From an uncultured Chloroflexia bacterium (lineage in GTDB: Bacteria; Chloroflexota; Anaerolineae; JAAYZQ01): DNA of 64,000 nt. A program made the translations under genes and the position numbers. Position 1 is the first letter of the stretch. Every line of letters starts with the position of its first letter. Location of the stretch: NCBI GenBank assembly GCA_963700285.1, contig CAVOXA010000001.1, positions 736,001 to 800,000 of the forward strand, written 5' to 3'. The notes below the pieces were generated by a model, which made no database searches, was not told where the DNA came from, and worked only from the letters and a program-made list of their open reading frames with translations. Shown in pieces: positions 62,025-64,000 of this stretch.

Positions 62025-64000
62025 ATGAAAGTACCCATAAGCTGGCTGAAGGACTATGTGGACATCACCGTGCCCCTGGAGGACCTGGCCGAGCGTTTGA
62101 CCCTGGCCGGGTCTGGAGGTGGCTGCCATCGAGCGTATCGGCGACTGGTGGGATCGGGAGAAGATCGTGGTGGGTGAGGTGCTGGAGGTTCGGCCTCATC
62201 CCAACGCCGACCGGCTGGTGCTGGTCGACGTGGACTATGGTGGGGGCGAGGTCGAGCAGTGCGTCACAGGCGCTCCCAATCTCTTTCCCTACAGAGGTGC
62301 TGGGCGGGTGAGCCTCAAGGTGGCCTTTGCCATGGAGGGCGCCGAGCTGTACGATGGCCACAAGGATGGTTTCGTCAAGACCCGCCTCAAGCGGACCAAG
62401 ATCCGGGGCGTTCCATCGCGGGCGATGGTCTGCTCGGAGAAGGAACTGGGTATCTCGGAGGAGCACGAGGGCATCATGTTCCTGCCGGACGATGCGCCGG
62501 TCGGGCAGCCGCTGGCCGACTATCTGGGCGACGCGGTCCTCGACCTGGACCTGACGCCCAATCTGGCCCGCTGTTTCAGCATGATCGGCGTGGCCCGCGA
62601 GGTCGCCGCGCTGACAGGCGTTGCGCTGCGCTATCCTGACACCGACTGGCAGGCCGATGGCCCGCCGGCCGTCGATGCTGGCTCGCGTCGAGATCGAGGA
62701 CCCCAGACCTGTGCGCTCGCTATATCGCCACCATCATCCGTGATGTGGAGATCGGCCCCTCGCCCCAGTGGATGCAGGACCGGGTACGCAGGGCTGGGAT
62801 GCGGCCCATCAGCAACATCGTCGATATCACCAACTATGTGATGCTAGAATGGGGCCAGCCGCTCCACGCCTTTGACTATGACAAACTTGCTGGCCCGAGC
62901 TGGAGGCGCCGTACCGACCATCATCGTCCGGCGCGCCAAGCCAGGCGAAGCCATGATGACCCTCGACGGCGTGGAGCGGACCTTTAACGAGGACACGCTG
63001 CTGATCTGCGATACGGCTGGGCCCATGGCCGTGGCGGGCGTAATGGGCGGCTTTGAGACCGAGATCGACGAGGAACACCGCAACATCCTGCTGGAGTCGG
63101 CCAACTTTGACTTTATCAGCATCCGGCGTACCACACAGGCACTGCAAGCTGCCCAGCGAGGCTAGCCTGCGCTTTGGCAAGGGGATTCACCCGGCGTTGT
63201 CCGAACCAGCGGCACGGCGGGCCAGTGAGTTGATGCGCGTTCTGGCCGGCGGAATCATTGCCCAGGGCATGGTCGATGCCTATCCGGCTCCACCGGAACC
63301 AGTGGTCATCGATCTGACTGCGGCTGAGGTCGAGCGCAATCTGGGTATCCCCTTGAATGTCGAGGAGATCGCGGCCATCTTGCGAGTCACTGGAGTTCCA
63401 CTGCGAACCGGTGGGGGACGAGAGCCTGCGTGTCACGGTGCCCGATCATCGCTTGGACTGCACGTATCCGGCAGATCTCATCGAGGAGGTTGCGCGGATC
63501 TATGGCTACGATCGCATCCCGGTGACCGAGATGGCTGACCGGCTTCCGCCGCAGCGGTCCAATCGCAACCTGGATCTGGAGGAGGAGGTTCGCGACGTGC
63601 TGGTAGGCTGCGGCTTGCAGGAGACAGTTACCTATTCTCTCACCAGCCTGACCCGGGAGGCGGCCCTCGACCCGGCCATTGCTGTTGAGCATCTGCCAAC
63701 CTGAGACCTATGTTGCCCTCGCCAACCCCATCACCCAGGAGCGGTCGGTGATGCGTCGTAGCCTTCTGCCCTACGGCTCTGGAGACAGCGGCCGCCAACC
63801 TGCGTTTCCGAGAACGGCGTAGAGATCTTTGAGGTAGGCAAGGTCTTTTTGCAGGAGCCTGGCGAGGAACTGCCTGACGAACCGCCCGTCTGTCCATCGT
63901 GATGGCTGGTTTCCGTGACAGGCGTCATTGGCTTGCGAGTGGGGATTCAGGCGATGCGGCCCATGAATCGCGGCAGAGGCTCGACTTTTTTGACCTGAAG
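62025..64000 (+). CDS. pheT: phenylalanine-tRNA ligase beta subunit (multiple frameshifts; 3'-truncated by window)
   Basis: [62 protein letters not shown]. Confidence 0.95.

Overview
High-GC bacterial chromosomal segment. Gene content and order suggest Chloroflexota (Anaerolineae-like); this is inference from the VEKxV-linker lipoprotein, the rpmB-asp23-DAK2-degV-recG-coaD block and the REP-like palindrome. The main accessory element is an ~18.7 kb co-oriented catabolic cluster (5.5-24.1 kb) with its own consensus promoter and FadR-type operator. It encodes a GntR regulator, D- and L-threonine-aldolase-like PLP enzymes, a sugar-type ABC transporter, a URO-D-like protein, four Amidohydro_2 proteins, an M19 dipeptidase, a D-aminoacylase, an FeS + aldehyde:ferredoxin oxidoreductase pair, a lactonase and an SDR. 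This is the best candidate for an undescribed pathway. The rest is mostly housekeeping: rlmN, rpe, rpmB, recG, coaD, yceD, rpmF, fabD, fabG, nusB, tatBC, fbp, ggt, sppA, ftsH and T-box-pheS-pheT. Also present are an orphan ParA with a DUF4177-like partner, two probably leaderless genes and two internal deletions. Many essential genes are frameshifted, which most likely reflects sequencing or assembly indels. I found no CRISPR array, tRNA, rRNA, transposase or prophage. All family calls come from motif recognition by eye; no database searches were run.
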